Of a DNA stretch of 35,160 nt, positions 26,546 through 35,160 are shown piece by piece. Both the position numbers and the translations under genes were made by a program. Source of the stretch: an uncultured Methylococcales bacterium (GTDB lineage: Bacteria; Pseudomonadota; Gammaproteobacteria; Methylococcales; G963664935); NCBI GenBank assembly GCA_964653275.1, contig CAZZET010000027.1:4000-39159 (forward strand), given 5' to 3'. Each line of letters begins with the position of its first letter. The stretch's first letter is position 1. The notes under the pieces were generated by a model. That model ran no database searches. It was given only the letters and a program-made list of their open reading frames with translations, and was not told the origin of the DNA.

Positions 26546-29467
26546 ATGAAACAGTCGATTAAAAAAATCATTGTTCTAACGGTAATTATCGAATTAGGCA
26601 TAATTGCGCAGCTTGCCTATATTAACTTTAGCCTCAGAAGTGCGGAAAATATTCTTATGAACGCAGTAGATCAGCGTTTTATTTTAATGGCAGAAGCAGA
26701 TATTTTACGACAAAGTTCAGATGATTTAACTCGATTCGCCAGAACTTATGTTGTTTCAAATAATGAACAGTATAAGGAAAAATATTTAAAAACATTAGCA
26801 ATTCGAAATGGAGAAAGTCCACGACCTCAAGATTATGGTGCTATTTATTGGGATTTACTGGATACAGTACGTATAGAAAGACATCCTGATGGAAAGATGG
26901 TCTCACAAAATGAAATGACTAATAGTCTTTCTTATAACGAGGAAGAAAAAGAAAAACTTAGAGAAGCCGAAAGGAATTCCAATGATTTGGTAAATATGGA
27001 GATTGAAGCCTTTAACGCCATGAAGGGAAAGTTTAAAGATAATAATGGTAAATATACTATTATCAGCGAACCGGATCAGTCCTTAGCTATTAACCTCCTT
27101 CATTCGCCAGAGTACCATAATGCAAAACATATCATCATGCTTCCTATTGACGAGTTCATTGCAATGCTAAATGAACGTACGCAACATGACATTGAAATTG
27201 CAAGTAGAAATGTCAATTCGTATATTAAATTGGAATATATGCTTGTGTTGTTGTTTATCATTTTCAATATTATTATTTTTATACTATTAAACAAACGAAT
27301 TCTTAAGCCTATCAGTTCAGTTACTCGTTCCATTATTCAACATAAAGAATCAAATCAACCATTGAAATTTAATCATATTTATCATGATGAAATAAAAATA
27401 ATGGTCGATGAATTTGAGCTCATGAATAAAAAGTTAATGCAGGCCCAGAGTGAATTGGAGATACAAAAGAAATATGTAGAAGAAACAATTGAAGGCATGG
27501 ACCAGGGCATCATTATGGTCGACAGGGACTTGAATATTTTAACCTATAACACACGCTACCCCGAGATCCTCAATTTGCCTGAAAATGTTGTTGAAAGGCA
27601 CCGTAATTATGCGGATGTCATTAAATATTTTAGCGAGCATGTGATGCATCATCGTCCATCAAAAATTAGTGAGTTAATTGACACTGCCACTCAAAATGAA
27701 AAGATTATCTACACCATAGAACTCCCTGACGGAAAATTTATCGAGGTGCGGCAAATTCCCAAAGAAGATGGTGGTTATGTGCGTATTTTTACCGATATTA
27801 CCGAACGCGAAAATATAATTCGGGAATTAGAGACTCAAAAGTCAATTATTGAAAATGCCATGATTGAAACAGAGGCATTAAGAATCAAAGCAGAAACAGC
27901 AACTGAAGCTAAAGCTGATTTTCTGGCTGTAATGAGCCATGAAATACGAACACCCATGAACGGAATCATGGGAATGACCGAATTATTAATCGATACAGAA
28001 TTGACACAGGAACAGCGAGAATACCTCAACACAATTGATTCATCGGCCGAATCTCTTTTAACACTCATCAATGATATTCTGGATTTCTCCAAAATTGAGG
28101 CGGAAAAATTGGAGTTGGAGCCAATCGATTTTGATCTGCGTGACCGGCTAGGTGAAACTCTGGATACGCTGGCCATTAGGGCACATAGTAAGGGCTTGGA
28201 GTTGGCATTCGATATTAATGCCGATGTACCACAGATGTTGGTGGGTGATGTACACCGGTTACGCCAGATCATTATTAATCTAGTCGGTAACGCGCTCAAG
28301 TTCACTGACCACGGTGAAGTGGTCGTTAATGTTAGTTTAAAATCTCGAGAAAATTCCGATGTTCTGCTCCATTTCAGTGTATCGGATACTGGTATTGGTA
28401 TCCCGGAAGATCGGTTGAGTAGTATTTTCAATTCCTTTGAGCAGGCTGATTCATCAACGACCCGTAAGTACGGAGGTACCGGACTTGGACTAACTATTTG
28501 CAGCCGCTTGGTTCAGTTGATGGGCGGCAAAATTTGGGTAGAAAGTGCAACGGGAGCGGGGACCGTTTTCCATTTTACAACGTCAATGCAGATCAGCAGG
28601 CAGATTGGGCCTGATCTGAATATAGACTCTTTGAGTAAACTTGAAAAATTGCGAGTACTGGTTGTCGATGACAATAATACCAATTGTCGAATTCTAGAAA
28701 AAATGCTAACAAATTGGCATATGAATCCGACTTTGGCTGGGGCCGCTGCTCAAGGATTGGATACGCTATGTGCAGCATTAGAAGCACAATCGCCATTTGA
28801 GCTGATTATTTCTGATGTTAATATGCCAGAAATGGATGGTTTTGGCTTTGTTGAAGAGATAAAGCATAAGCCCGGACTAAAGGATGTTCCAATCATCCTG
28901 TTAACCTCGGCAAACAGGAGCGGTGATAAGCAACGTTGTGAAGAACTCGGTGTTCAGGCGCACTTGATTAAACCTGTACGTCAATCACGGATGTTGGATG
29001 CCATTGTGACTTCATTGGGTGTGGAAGCAGTTGCTCGTAGACATGATACGGAAGATTCAAGTGTTGACAGTAAATCAGATAACTTTCGGCAATTGAATGT
29101 CTTACTAGCAGAGGACAACAAGGTAAACCAAAAATTCGCATTACGTGTGCTAGATAAAGTAGGGCATGTTACGACTGTCGTTAATAATGGTCGTGAAGCA
29201 ATTGAATCAATAGTTGATAATGAATTCGATGTTGTTCTAATGGATATACAAATGCCAGAAATGGATGGTTTTGAAGCAACAGCTGAGATTCGCAAATTAG
29301 AGCAACAGTCTAATTTGCATATTCCCATTATCGCTTTGACAGCACACGCCATGAAAGGTGATAGAGAAAAATGTCTATCAGCCGGTATGGATGGATATAT
29401 TACTAAACCGATTAAGTCAAAAATACTCTTGGCTGAAATAGTCAATGTAATAAGTATGGATAACTAG
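26546..29467 (+). CDS. Hybrid sensor histidine kinase: TM, large periplasmic helical sensor, TM, PAS, HisKA, HATPase, REC, REC
   Basis: Start placed at ATG 26546 (MKQSIKKIIVLTVIIELGIIAQLAYINF TM1). Second TM YMLVLLFIIFNIIIFILL. PAS IEGMDQGIIMVDRDLNILTYN. H-box LAVMSHEIRTPMNGIMGMTELL. G-box DTGIGIPEDRL...GGTGLGL. REC1 LVVDDNNTNCRIL...DVNMPEMDG. REC2 VLLAEDNKVNQKFA...DIQMPEMDG. Confidence 0.85.
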   Translation: MKQSIKKIIVLTVIIELGIIAQLAYINFSLRSAENILMNAVDQRFILMAEADILRQSSDDLTRFARTYVVSNNEQYKEKYLKTLAIRNGESPRPQDYGAIYWDLLDTVRIERHPDGKMVSQNEMTNSLSYNEEEKEKLREAERNSNDLVNMEIEAFNAMKGKFKDNNGKYTIISEPDQSLAINLLHSPEYHNAKHIIMLPIDEFIAMLNERTQHDIEIASRNVNSYIKLEYMLVLLFIIFNIIIFILLNKRILKPISSVTRSIIQHKESNQPLKFNHIYHDEIKIMVDEFELMNKKLMQAQSELEIQKKYVEETIEGMDQGIIMVDRDLNILTYNTRYPEILNLPENVVERHRNYADVIKYFSEHVMHHRPSKISELIDTATQNEKIIYTIELPDGKFIEVRQIPKEDGGYVRIFTDITERENIIRELETQKSIIENAMIETEALRIKAETATEAKADFLAVMSHEIRTPMNGIMGMTELLIDTELTQEQREYLNTIDSSAESLLTLINDILDFSKIEAEKLELEPIDFDLRDRLGETLDTLAIRAHSKGLELAFDINADVPQMLVGDVHRLRQIIINLVGNALKFTDHGEVVVNVSLKSRENSDVLLHFSVSDTGIGIPEDRLSSIFNSFEQADSSTTRKYGGTGLGLTICSRLVQLMGGKIWVESATGAGTVFHFTTSMQISRQIGPDLNIDSLSKLEKLRVLVVDDNNTNCRILEKMLTNWHMNPTLAGAAAQGLDTLCAALEAQSPFELIISDVNMPEMDGFGFVEEIKHKPGLKDVPIILLTSANRSGDKQRCEELGVQAHLIKPVRQSRMLDAIVTSLGVEAVARRHDTEDSSVDSKSDNFRQLNVLLAEDNKVNQKFALRVLDKVGHVTTVVNNGREAIESIVDNEFDVVLMDIQMPEMDGFEATAEIRKLEQQSNLHIPIIALTAHAMKGDREKCLSAGMDGYITKPIKSKILLAEIVNVISMDN

Positions 29468-29477
29468 AAACATAGGT

Positions 29478-29828
29478 ATGAACGATATTATTAACAAAGA
29501 GGAATTATTAGGAGAACTCGATGGAGATTGGGAGTTTCTCGAGGAATCAGTCGAGATGTTAATGGAAGATGCTCCAAATTTACTTGCCGAAATTAAAAAT
29601 GGATTAGCTGGAAATGATACGGAGATGATTTGGAAGAACGCACATTCTGTAAAATCTATGGTAGGGAATTTTTCGGCTAAACGTGCCTTTGATGCCGCTT
29701 ACCATGTTGAAGGCCTTGGTAGAAAGGGTGTTGCTGGTGAGATGGATATTGCGATTGCAAGTTTGGAATCTGAAGTTGATCTGCTTATCGAAGCACTAAC
29801 GGATTTACTTAAAACAAAACAATCTTGA
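29478..29828 (+). CDS. Hpt (histidine phosphotransfer) domain protein
   Basis: 116-aa ORF. AHSVKSMVGNFSAKRA matches the Hpt H-motif. Begins 10 bp after the HK stop. Confidence 0.7.
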   Translation: MNDIINKEELLGELDGDWEFLEESVEMLMEDAPNLLAEIKNGLAGNDTEMIWKNAHSVKSMVGNFSAKRAFDAAYHVEGLGRKGVAGEMDIAIASLESEVDLLIEALTDLLKTKQS

Positions 29829-31021
29829 TGAAAATCCTCGTTGTAGAAGATGAGCGTATAACTCGTAGGAGTATCCAGCGACACCTTGAAAAATGGGGGC
29901 ACGAGGTGATCACAGCGGAAGATGGGATGGTTGCCTGGAGCATATTGAAGGAACAGGATATACCCGTAGTTATAACCGATTGGGTTATGCCGAGGATGGA
30001 TGGTCTTGTACTGGTTAGAAAAATTCGCAGTAAAAACAATGATCATTATACGTATATTATTCTTCTAACTTCAAAGTCAGAGAAGGTCGACATCGTTGAA
30101 GGGATGGAAGCAGGGGCGGATGATTTTCTCAGTAAACCATTCGACCAAAATGAGTTACATGTGCGCTTACGTGCTGGGATTCGAATTATCGAATTAGAGC
30201 AGAACCTCGAGCAACGTAATCGGGAAATATTAGCAGCAAATACCCGAATGAAAAATGATCTAGATGCGGCGGCTACTTTACAACAATCACTTCTTCCAAC
30301 TTCTTTACCTAAGATAGCTTGCCTAAATGTCGCCTGGGCCTATCATCCTTGTGATGAATTAGCAGGAGATATCCTAAATGTTATTCCTTTTGATGAACAG
30401 CATATCGGGCTTTATGTTGCTGATGTTAGTGGTCATGGCGTTCCTGCTGCATTGCTATCAGTAACTATAAATAGGATTATGGATGCTGAGAAAGGACGCA
30501 CTACCCTGTTAATGAATCACGATGCCGAAAAAGATGACGAGAAGATTATTGCTCCTGCCGAGGTCATCGCAAAATTGAATGACCAGTTCCAGATGGAAAA
30601 ATTTAATCATCGTTATTTTACGATTTGTTATGGTGTACTCAACACTGCTACTTTGGAGTTTCAGTACGTACCAGCTGGCCATCCCCCGATAATAAAACTA
30701 TCAAAAGACGGAGCATTAGAACAATTACCAGGCAGGAACGTTGCAGTTGGTTGGTTTCCGGGCACTGTCTACGAACAACACGTCGTACAATTAAAAATAG
30801 GAGATCGCCTCTACCTTTATTCTGATGGAATCCCCGAGGCTATGAATGACGACTTGGAATTATTTACCGATAACCGTTTACTTAAATTACTACTTAAAAC
30901 GAGAAAAGAATCACTTGAACAGGGTATTACAAAGCTAATTGATGCAATTCTAAAATGGAGTCCATCTGGACAACCAAAAGATGACGTTAGTATTTTAGCC
31001 ATTGAGATTACAAACACTTAA
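29828..31021 (+). CDS. Response regulator receiver fused to PP2C/SpoIIE-type Ser/Thr phosphatase (RsbU-like)
   Basis: REC motifs KILVVEDERITRRSI and DWVMPRMDG. PP2C motifs YHPCDELAGDILNV and ADVSGHGVPAALLSV. The ATG overlaps the Hpt TGA stop (ATGA), suggesting translational coupling. Confidence 0.8.
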   Translation: MKILVVEDERITRRSIQRHLEKWGHEVITAEDGMVAWSILKEQDIPVVITDWVMPRMDGLVLVRKIRSKNNDHYTYIILLTSKSEKVDIVEGMEAGADDFLSKPFDQNELHVRLRAGIRIIELEQNLEQRNREILAANTRMKNDLDAAATLQQSLLPTSLPKIACLNVAWAYHPCDELAGDILNVIPFDEQHIGLYVADVSGHGVPAALLSVTINRIMDAEKGRTTLLMNHDAEKDDEKIIAPAEVIAKLNDQFQMEKFNHRYFTICYGVLNTATLEFQYVPAGHPPIIKLSKDGALEQLPGRNVAVGWFPGTVYEQHVVQLKIGDRLYLYSDGIPEAMNDDLELFTDNRLLKLLLKTRKESLEQGITKLIDAILKWSPSGQPKDDVSILAIEITNT

Positions 31022-31147
31022 CATATTCATCGAGACGAAGACGAACGACTTTAGTTAGAATGAAATCTGGGCTAGTACTGATAGTGTATTTAGAATAAAC
31101 TTCTACATTAGCAAATACCTAGCATAATATTTTATCAAAGTTCTCAT

Positions 31148-32116
31148 TTACCATGCGATGGATAAACCTGCACTCAGAGTCTCAGAATCAAGACCTGTCG
31201 ATTGCTGCGTGCGGGTACCGATATATTTTACACTAATGCCCGAATAGCGATTTATTGGGTAAGCAAAGCTTAACGCCCAAGCAATATTTTGTTGTGTGTC
31301 GTCCCTGTCGACCCCATTGACACTATTTTCCCCTCCATAGTCGTAACCAATGCTCGCACCCACCCAAAACCCCGGGCGAAATGTGTGAATGAGATGCCCA
31401 TGGATTATATATAACGGCTCTTGTTCAAGTGAATTGCCATTAAAAAACTCATCATTCTCAGTGAAGAACGCAACTTCCCCCGTTACTTCTGCGGTCCACT
31501 TGCCTCGAGTATGAATAACGCCAAGTTGGGGCCGGAAGGTAAACCGATTTTTGCCAAGATTAATGAGCTTATCGTCCATGTATTCACCCGTCGGTAATCG
31601 GACTGTCAGTGCCATTCCAACGATAGTTTCAACGTTCATCTCAGACCGATAAGCAGCAAAGTCCTTACCACTTAAAGGTGGCGCACCGTACAGATTGACT
31701 GCAAGGCGCATAAAGGTATCTGACCAACCACTTCGTGTGGTGGACACGGAAACACCATCCAGTAACCCCGTCCATTCTCCTTCCTGGTAAGCTTGCGTAA
31801 GATCGATTCGAGCTGATTTACCAAACAAATCGAAAGTGCGAATATATTTTGCCACCCAGGATTGCAACTCCATCTCCACATCTTCGAGCAAGATAGTTGG
31901 ATCGATCAAAATATCGGACTCAGTATAGGCAAACCCCACACCAGCAAAATTGGTCCCCATAGGGAGATGAGTCCATTTCCGGGGCACTGGTTCCAGTGCA
32001 AAACATGGGCGAATTAAGCTAATGGCTAACAGAGCAACTAAACTCCATCGCGGAAAATGACACAAGATACTTACCCAACCTACATGTACTGTGCACCCGT
32101 ACTTTCGATGCGACAT
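31148..32116 (-). CDS. Putative outer-membrane beta-barrel protein (transporter/MetA-pathway-like family)
   Basis: 322-aa ORF. Hydrophobic N-region SLVALLAISLIRPCFA. Alternating amphipathic strands. C-terminal ...AGLSIAW with a terminal aromatic residue typical of OMPs. Family assignment is tentative. Confidence 0.5.
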   Translation of the reverse strand: MSHRKYGCTVHVGWVSILCHFPRWSLVALLAISLIRPCFALEPVPRKWTHLPMGTNFAGVGFAYTESDILIDPTILLEDVEMELQSWVAKYIRTFDLFGKSARIDLTQAYQEGEWTGLLDGVSVSTTRSGWSDTFMRLAVNLYGAPPLSGKDFAAYRSEMNVETIVGMALTVRLPTGEYMDDKLINLGKNRFTFRPQLGVIHTRGKWTAEVTGEVAFFTENDEFFNGNSLEQEPLYIIHGHLIHTFRPGFWVGASIGYDYGGENSVNGVDRDDTQQNIAWALSFAYPINRYSGISVKYIGTRTQQSTGLDSETLSAGLSIAW

Positions 32117-32494
32117 TTATATTAATGAATTTCCGAAACTACTATCGATTACCTATCCCTCGTTGGGTCTGTGTTAGCGAGTATTATCCATTGTTATATC
32201 ATATTCGAATCGAATGAGTTTCTGGTAACGTTATTCTGGGTTACTTCTATCGCTTGCCTAAAAGGGCATGGACTTCTCTAGACGAAAGTTTTGTCATTAC
32301 CCAAAGCTCGGCACCTAAATAAGTTTCGTTGACTTTGATGAGGGAATTGTTGAAACAAAACCCAGGTTTGTAATATCGCTGAATAAAAGGGATACCAACA
32401 GGCAAGCAAAACTTAACACATCAGTATGCGTTCATAATTTAGTAGCCGAAAATTTCAGCGACTTCTTTAGTCAACGTCTGTCTTGAGTTCAACA

Positions 32495-32519
32495 AAGCCA
32501 TTCCCAGCCAGAATGGCTT
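32495..32519. other. Perfect 9-bp stem-loop (AAGCCATTC-CCAGCCA-GAATGGCTT) in the 463-bp divergent intergenic region; no flanking U-tract
   Basis: Read directly from the sequence. Overlaps only a spurious 72-aa ORF. Confidence 0.4.
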
Positions 32520-32579
32520 CTAGTACAATCTAACGAACAATAGCATTTTAAAGGTGGTCCAAGAAAAAGGTTAATAATT

Positions 32580-32966
32580 ATGAAACCTCTAAGCACCATG
32601 TTTGTACTGAACATTGTTCTGTCAATTTCTGTAAGCTTAGTTTTAGCCATTTCACCTTCTGTATGGGGTCGCGATGCACCAACAAAGAAAGAGATCCGTG
32701 TGTTCATTGAAGACCAAGTTTTAGTTGCACTGGAGAATGATGAGGAAATTTACAATTTCGATATCGTAACCGGACGCGATGGCAAAGAAACCACAGTGGG
32801 TCAGTATAAAGTCTTTCGCAAACACAAAAAATATACCAGTAAGACATACGGATCAGAGATGCCATACACCGTAGTGAAACGACTTTTCCCATCGGATGTA
32901 AAACCCACCAGCCTATTGATAGGCTGGACGAAAATACTCGGAGTGGCAATTGACGTAACGCAATGA
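32580..32966 (+). CDS. YkuD (L,D-transpeptidase)-like N-terminal domain protein lacking the catalytic His/Cys motif; possibly truncated or degenerate
   Basis: 128-aa ORF. Signal peptide; IRVFIEDQVLVALENDEEIYNFDIVTGRDGKETTVGQYKVF...KTYGSEMPY resembles the N-terminal half of the YkuD fold. No HG...SHGC motif before the stop. Confidence 0.45.
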   Translation: MKPLSTMFVLNIVLSISVSLVLAISPSVWGRDAPTKKEIRVFIEDQVLVALENDEEIYNFDIVTGRDGKETTVGQYKVFRKHKKYTSKTYGSEMPYTVVKRLFPSDVKPTSLLIGWTKILGVAIDVTQ

Positions 32967-33008
32967 TCGAATGCTCAGCGGCAGGATCTGCTTTAGGTAC
33001 CCCAGTGA

Positions 33009-33725
33009 ATGTGCAAACCTCGATGCAAAATGGTGAATTCATCTTCATACTGCAACCCACCTCTTTATTGGTGGATATATAATAATCGAAAACCCTCTGA
33101 AATCAGCAAGGTAGTCTACGTGTCCGATACGCGCCAGCAGCACAATCGTTACCAGCAGGAAACCTTCGATGTTCAGGTTGATGTGTTCCGCCAAGTAATC
33201 GCGAAGGATATTCAGGAACGAACGCGGCGAATCGTTGCGGCCGCTGAATTAATGCCCAACGACCGGATTTTGGATGTAGGCACCGGTATCGGTGTTTTGA
33301 TCCCCGATTTCCATTTTTTTGGAGTGACCGACATAGTCGGTTGCGATATCAGTTCGCTCATGCTCGCTGAAGCCCGGGTGCGATTCCCGGAAATAGACTT
33401 TTGGTGTGGTGATGTCATCGATCTACCCCATAAATTCGGTCCATTCGATGTCATATATTTTAATGCTATGTTCGGTAATGTCTGCGATCAACGACAAACC
33501 CTTGAGGCAATTCGACCCCGTTTGACTGCCAACGGGCGGATCATCATTAGCCACCCCATGGGGGCATCATTCCAAGCACAATTGCAGCGTGAGAATTCGC
33601 GGCTGGTTCCCCACCTCCTCCCCAATTTAAAAAGATTAAACGAGCTCATTGCTGGTTTGACTCTGCGGGTACACCATTTTGCCGACGAAGACCAACTGTA
33701 CCTTTGTTGTTTGAAACAATCCTAG
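33009..33725 (+). CDS. class I SAM-dependent methyltransferase
   Basis: 238-aa ORF. Motif I ILDVGTGIGVL, then acidic post-I residue (GCDIS) and motif II-like GDVIDLP. The true start may be later, e.g. GTG near 33120. Confidence 0.7.
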   Translation: MCKPRCKMVNSSSYCNPPLYWWIYNNRKPSEISKVVYVSDTRQQHNRYQQETFDVQVDVFRQVIAKDIQERTRRIVAAAELMPNDRILDVGTGIGVLIPDFHFFGVTDIVGCDISSLMLAEARVRFPEIDFWCGDVIDLPHKFGPFDVIYFNAMFGNVCDQRQTLEAIRPRLTANGRIIISHPMGASFQAQLQRENSRLVPHLLPNLKRLNELIAGLTLRVHHFADEDQLYLCCLKQS

Positions 33726-33876
33726 CTCTGTTTTACCGTCGATTAATGCCGTGGAGAGAAATCAGGGCCAGGCCACTTAGACTATGCCAGATAAAAATTA
33801 CTGGGCGATTTCCGACACCACCTAGTTCCAAATTGTAAAGTAACTTGGTCATCCGATTGGCTTGATTTTTCACAAA

Positions 33877-34941
33877 TTAAGCGCTCTTTTCCAAAAGCTC
33901 CTCAATTTTCCGTTTGAGGGCGAAATACGCAGCTTGACACGCTGTATGTTCATCCCCACCGCCGAGGTGAAATTCGCCGCCATCATGCACAAAACGAATA
34001 ATCCCTTGTTGATCGATTAGAAAACTGACCGAGGTAAACCGCTTCAACTCGGACCCAACCCCATAGGCTCGAATGGTTTGCCAACTGTTGTCCATGGCGA
34101 TAGGAAAATCAAAACCCAAAGCTCTGGCCGCCTCTTTGACGACCTTTGGGTTCTTGGTCATCTCGGATTTCGGATGGTGAATTCCTATGACCACCAAACC
34201 TCGGTCTTTGTAGGATTGCCAAAACTCACGCAATGACGGTGCAGTTCGAGTGCAAAATGGGCATCCTGTGAGCCAAAATCGAACCAAAACAACCTTGTCC
34301 CGCAAAGCACTCAACGAGAGAGGATTATCATCGAGCCAATTTAGATTAAACCATTCAGGTGCGTGCCGACCAATCATTGCAGTGCCTTCAACTGACGACC
34401 AGTCGATCACTCCCACTGATCGAATAGATAGCCTTTCGATGTTTTCTTTGAGACTGTTAGCAGAAAACATCCGCAAATAAGTTTTTAAAACCTCACCTTT
34501 ATGGTTTATTAAGACCGCAAAAGGTAGAGCCTTTCCACCGTATTTATTGATGATGGTCTGCTGTTCGTCGTCAAAATCTGTTATATCGACCCTGAAGGGG
34601 TTAATTCCCGCCTTGTTGGCCGCCTCGATGACTCCTGGATCATCATAAGTTGTCTTTTCTAAAACTCTACAGTTGCTGCACCAATCAGCAGTGAACTCAA
34701 GAAGGACAGGGGAACCCTTTCCAAGGGACACAGCGACCTTTTGAGCGCTGTATGTTTGCCAAGCCAGTGATGGCTGTGCCGAAGATGAAATCTGCGGAAA
34801 AAATATCAAATAGCTCGATACAACTAATGCAAACGCTGGATGGGTACTTTTCACAGATGATTTTGTACAGCTAAATCGAAATAGGACCCAAACGACAAAC
34901 ACCAATCCATAGGCCAACCAAACGTGTAATGGGAGATCCAC
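33877..34941 (-). CDS. Membrane-anchored tandem thioredoxin-fold protein (Thioredoxin_7/DsbD-gamma-like domain plus TlpA/redoxin-like domain)
   Basis: 354-aa ORF. N-terminal hydrophobic segments. First CxxC ADWCSNCR in a thioredoxin-like context (PVLLEFTADWCSNCRVLE). Second VVLVRFWLTGCPFCTRTAPSL, TlpA-like with CPFC. Confidence 0.65.
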   Translation of the reverse strand: MDLPLHVWLAYGLVFVVWVLFRFSCTKSSVKSTHPAFALVVSSYLIFFPQISSSAQPSLAWQTYSAQKVAVSLGKGSPVLLEFTADWCSNCRVLEKTTYDDPGVIEAANKAGINPFRVDITDFDDEQQTIINKYGGKALPFAVLINHKGEVLKTYLRMFSANSLKENIERLSIRSVGVIDWSSVEGTAMIGRHAPEWFNLNWLDDNPLSLSALRDKVVLVRFWLTGCPFCTRTAPSLREFWQSYKDRGLVVIGIHHPKSEMTKNPKVVKEAARALGFDFPIAMDNSWQTIRAYGVGSELKRFTSVSFLIDQQGIIRFVHDGGEFHLGGGDEHTACQAAYFALKRKIEELLEKSA

Positions 34942-35083
34942 TGATTCAAAAATCCTATTAAATGAAGGGTGGTCTACTCAATAATACGAAACCAAAAAAG
35001 TATTTCATCTGTGCTTTTTGTAGTTTAAGCAGAGTCACAAGAAAGGCTAATTCTTTGTTGACTAAAATGACCCCCACCGGGGC

Positions 35084-35160
35084 TTAATCCTTGAGCTTTT
35101 CGATAACCGCAATTTGTCTCACAAAGGTTTTTGGGTCACGCGCAGGGAGTTTGCAAATGC
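35084..35160 (-). CDS. 3' end (last about 25 codons) of a minus-strand gene that starts beyond the window
   Basis: Open frame ...ICKLPARDPKTFVRQIAVIEKLKD ending in TAA at 35084-35086, followed on the minus strand by a GCCCCGGUGGGGGUC hairpin and AUUUUA. Confidence 0.3.
   Translation of the reverse strand, partial: ICKLPARDPKTFVRQIAVIEKLKD

Noticed and set aside
27835-28431. 198-aa minus-strand ORF inside the histidine kinase gene
   Set aside because: Ser-rich low-complexity translation, antisense to the conserved HisKA/HATPase coding region. Spurious.
29699-30046. 115-aa and 76-aa minus-strand ORFs spanning the Hpt/REC-PP2C junction
   Set aside because: They are antisense to two well-supported signalling genes with the ATGA stop/start overlap. 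Spurious.
32489-32707. 72-aa minus-strand ORF in the OMP/YkuD intergenic region
   Set aside because: It overlaps the 9-bp stem-loop and the start of the plus-strand YkuD-like gene. It has no SD and its translation is not protein-like. It is likely a chance ORF in an AT-rich spacer.
1-35160. tRNA/rRNA genes, CRISPR repeats, IS elements, integrases, attachment-site direct repeats
   Set aside because: I scanned for tRNA-like T-arm motifs, regularly spaced repeats, transposase/integrase-like ORFs and terminal inverted repeats and found none. The AT-rich accessory-like patches lack recognisable mobility genes.

Overview
This 35 kb window reads as a chromosomal segment from a moderately low-GC proteobacterial methylotroph. 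It carries a same-strand C1-dissimilation block: NAD-linked formate dehydrogenase (fused gamma-beta subunit fdsB, then fdsA), immediately followed by a lanthanide-type PQQ methanol dehydrogenase xoxF and its xoxJ partner. Around this block sit a divergent LysR regulator, a quinoprotein-dehydrogenase-associated SoxYZ-like carrier gene, two lipoprotein genes and mobA-fdhD for molybdopterin-enzyme maturation. Central-carbon genes are also present: PEP carboxylase (ppc), mannose-6-P isomerase (manA) and a phosphohexomutase. Signalling genes include a hybrid sensor kinase-Hpt-REC/PP2C cassette and a separate REC/RsbW-like kinase. An AT-rich patch at about 18.7-22.4 kb holds small orphan genes: DUF1289, a secreted protein, NYN-LOTUS with an upstream RHH gene, a CDGSH protein, a CYTH protein and a thioesterase. 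I found no rRNA, tRNA, CRISPR array, transposase or integrase by reading the sequence. Several strand-specific intrinsic-terminator-like hairpins are reported, including a clear one between xoxF and xoxJ and one in the xoxF leader. No single obviously novel multi-gene system stands out. The most unusual items are the SoxYZ-like carrier in the XoxF neighbourhood, the split REC-PP2C / REC-kinase partner-switch parts, the apparently low-GC HK-Hpt-REC/PP2C cassette, and a candidate RHH plus NYN-nuclease pair.
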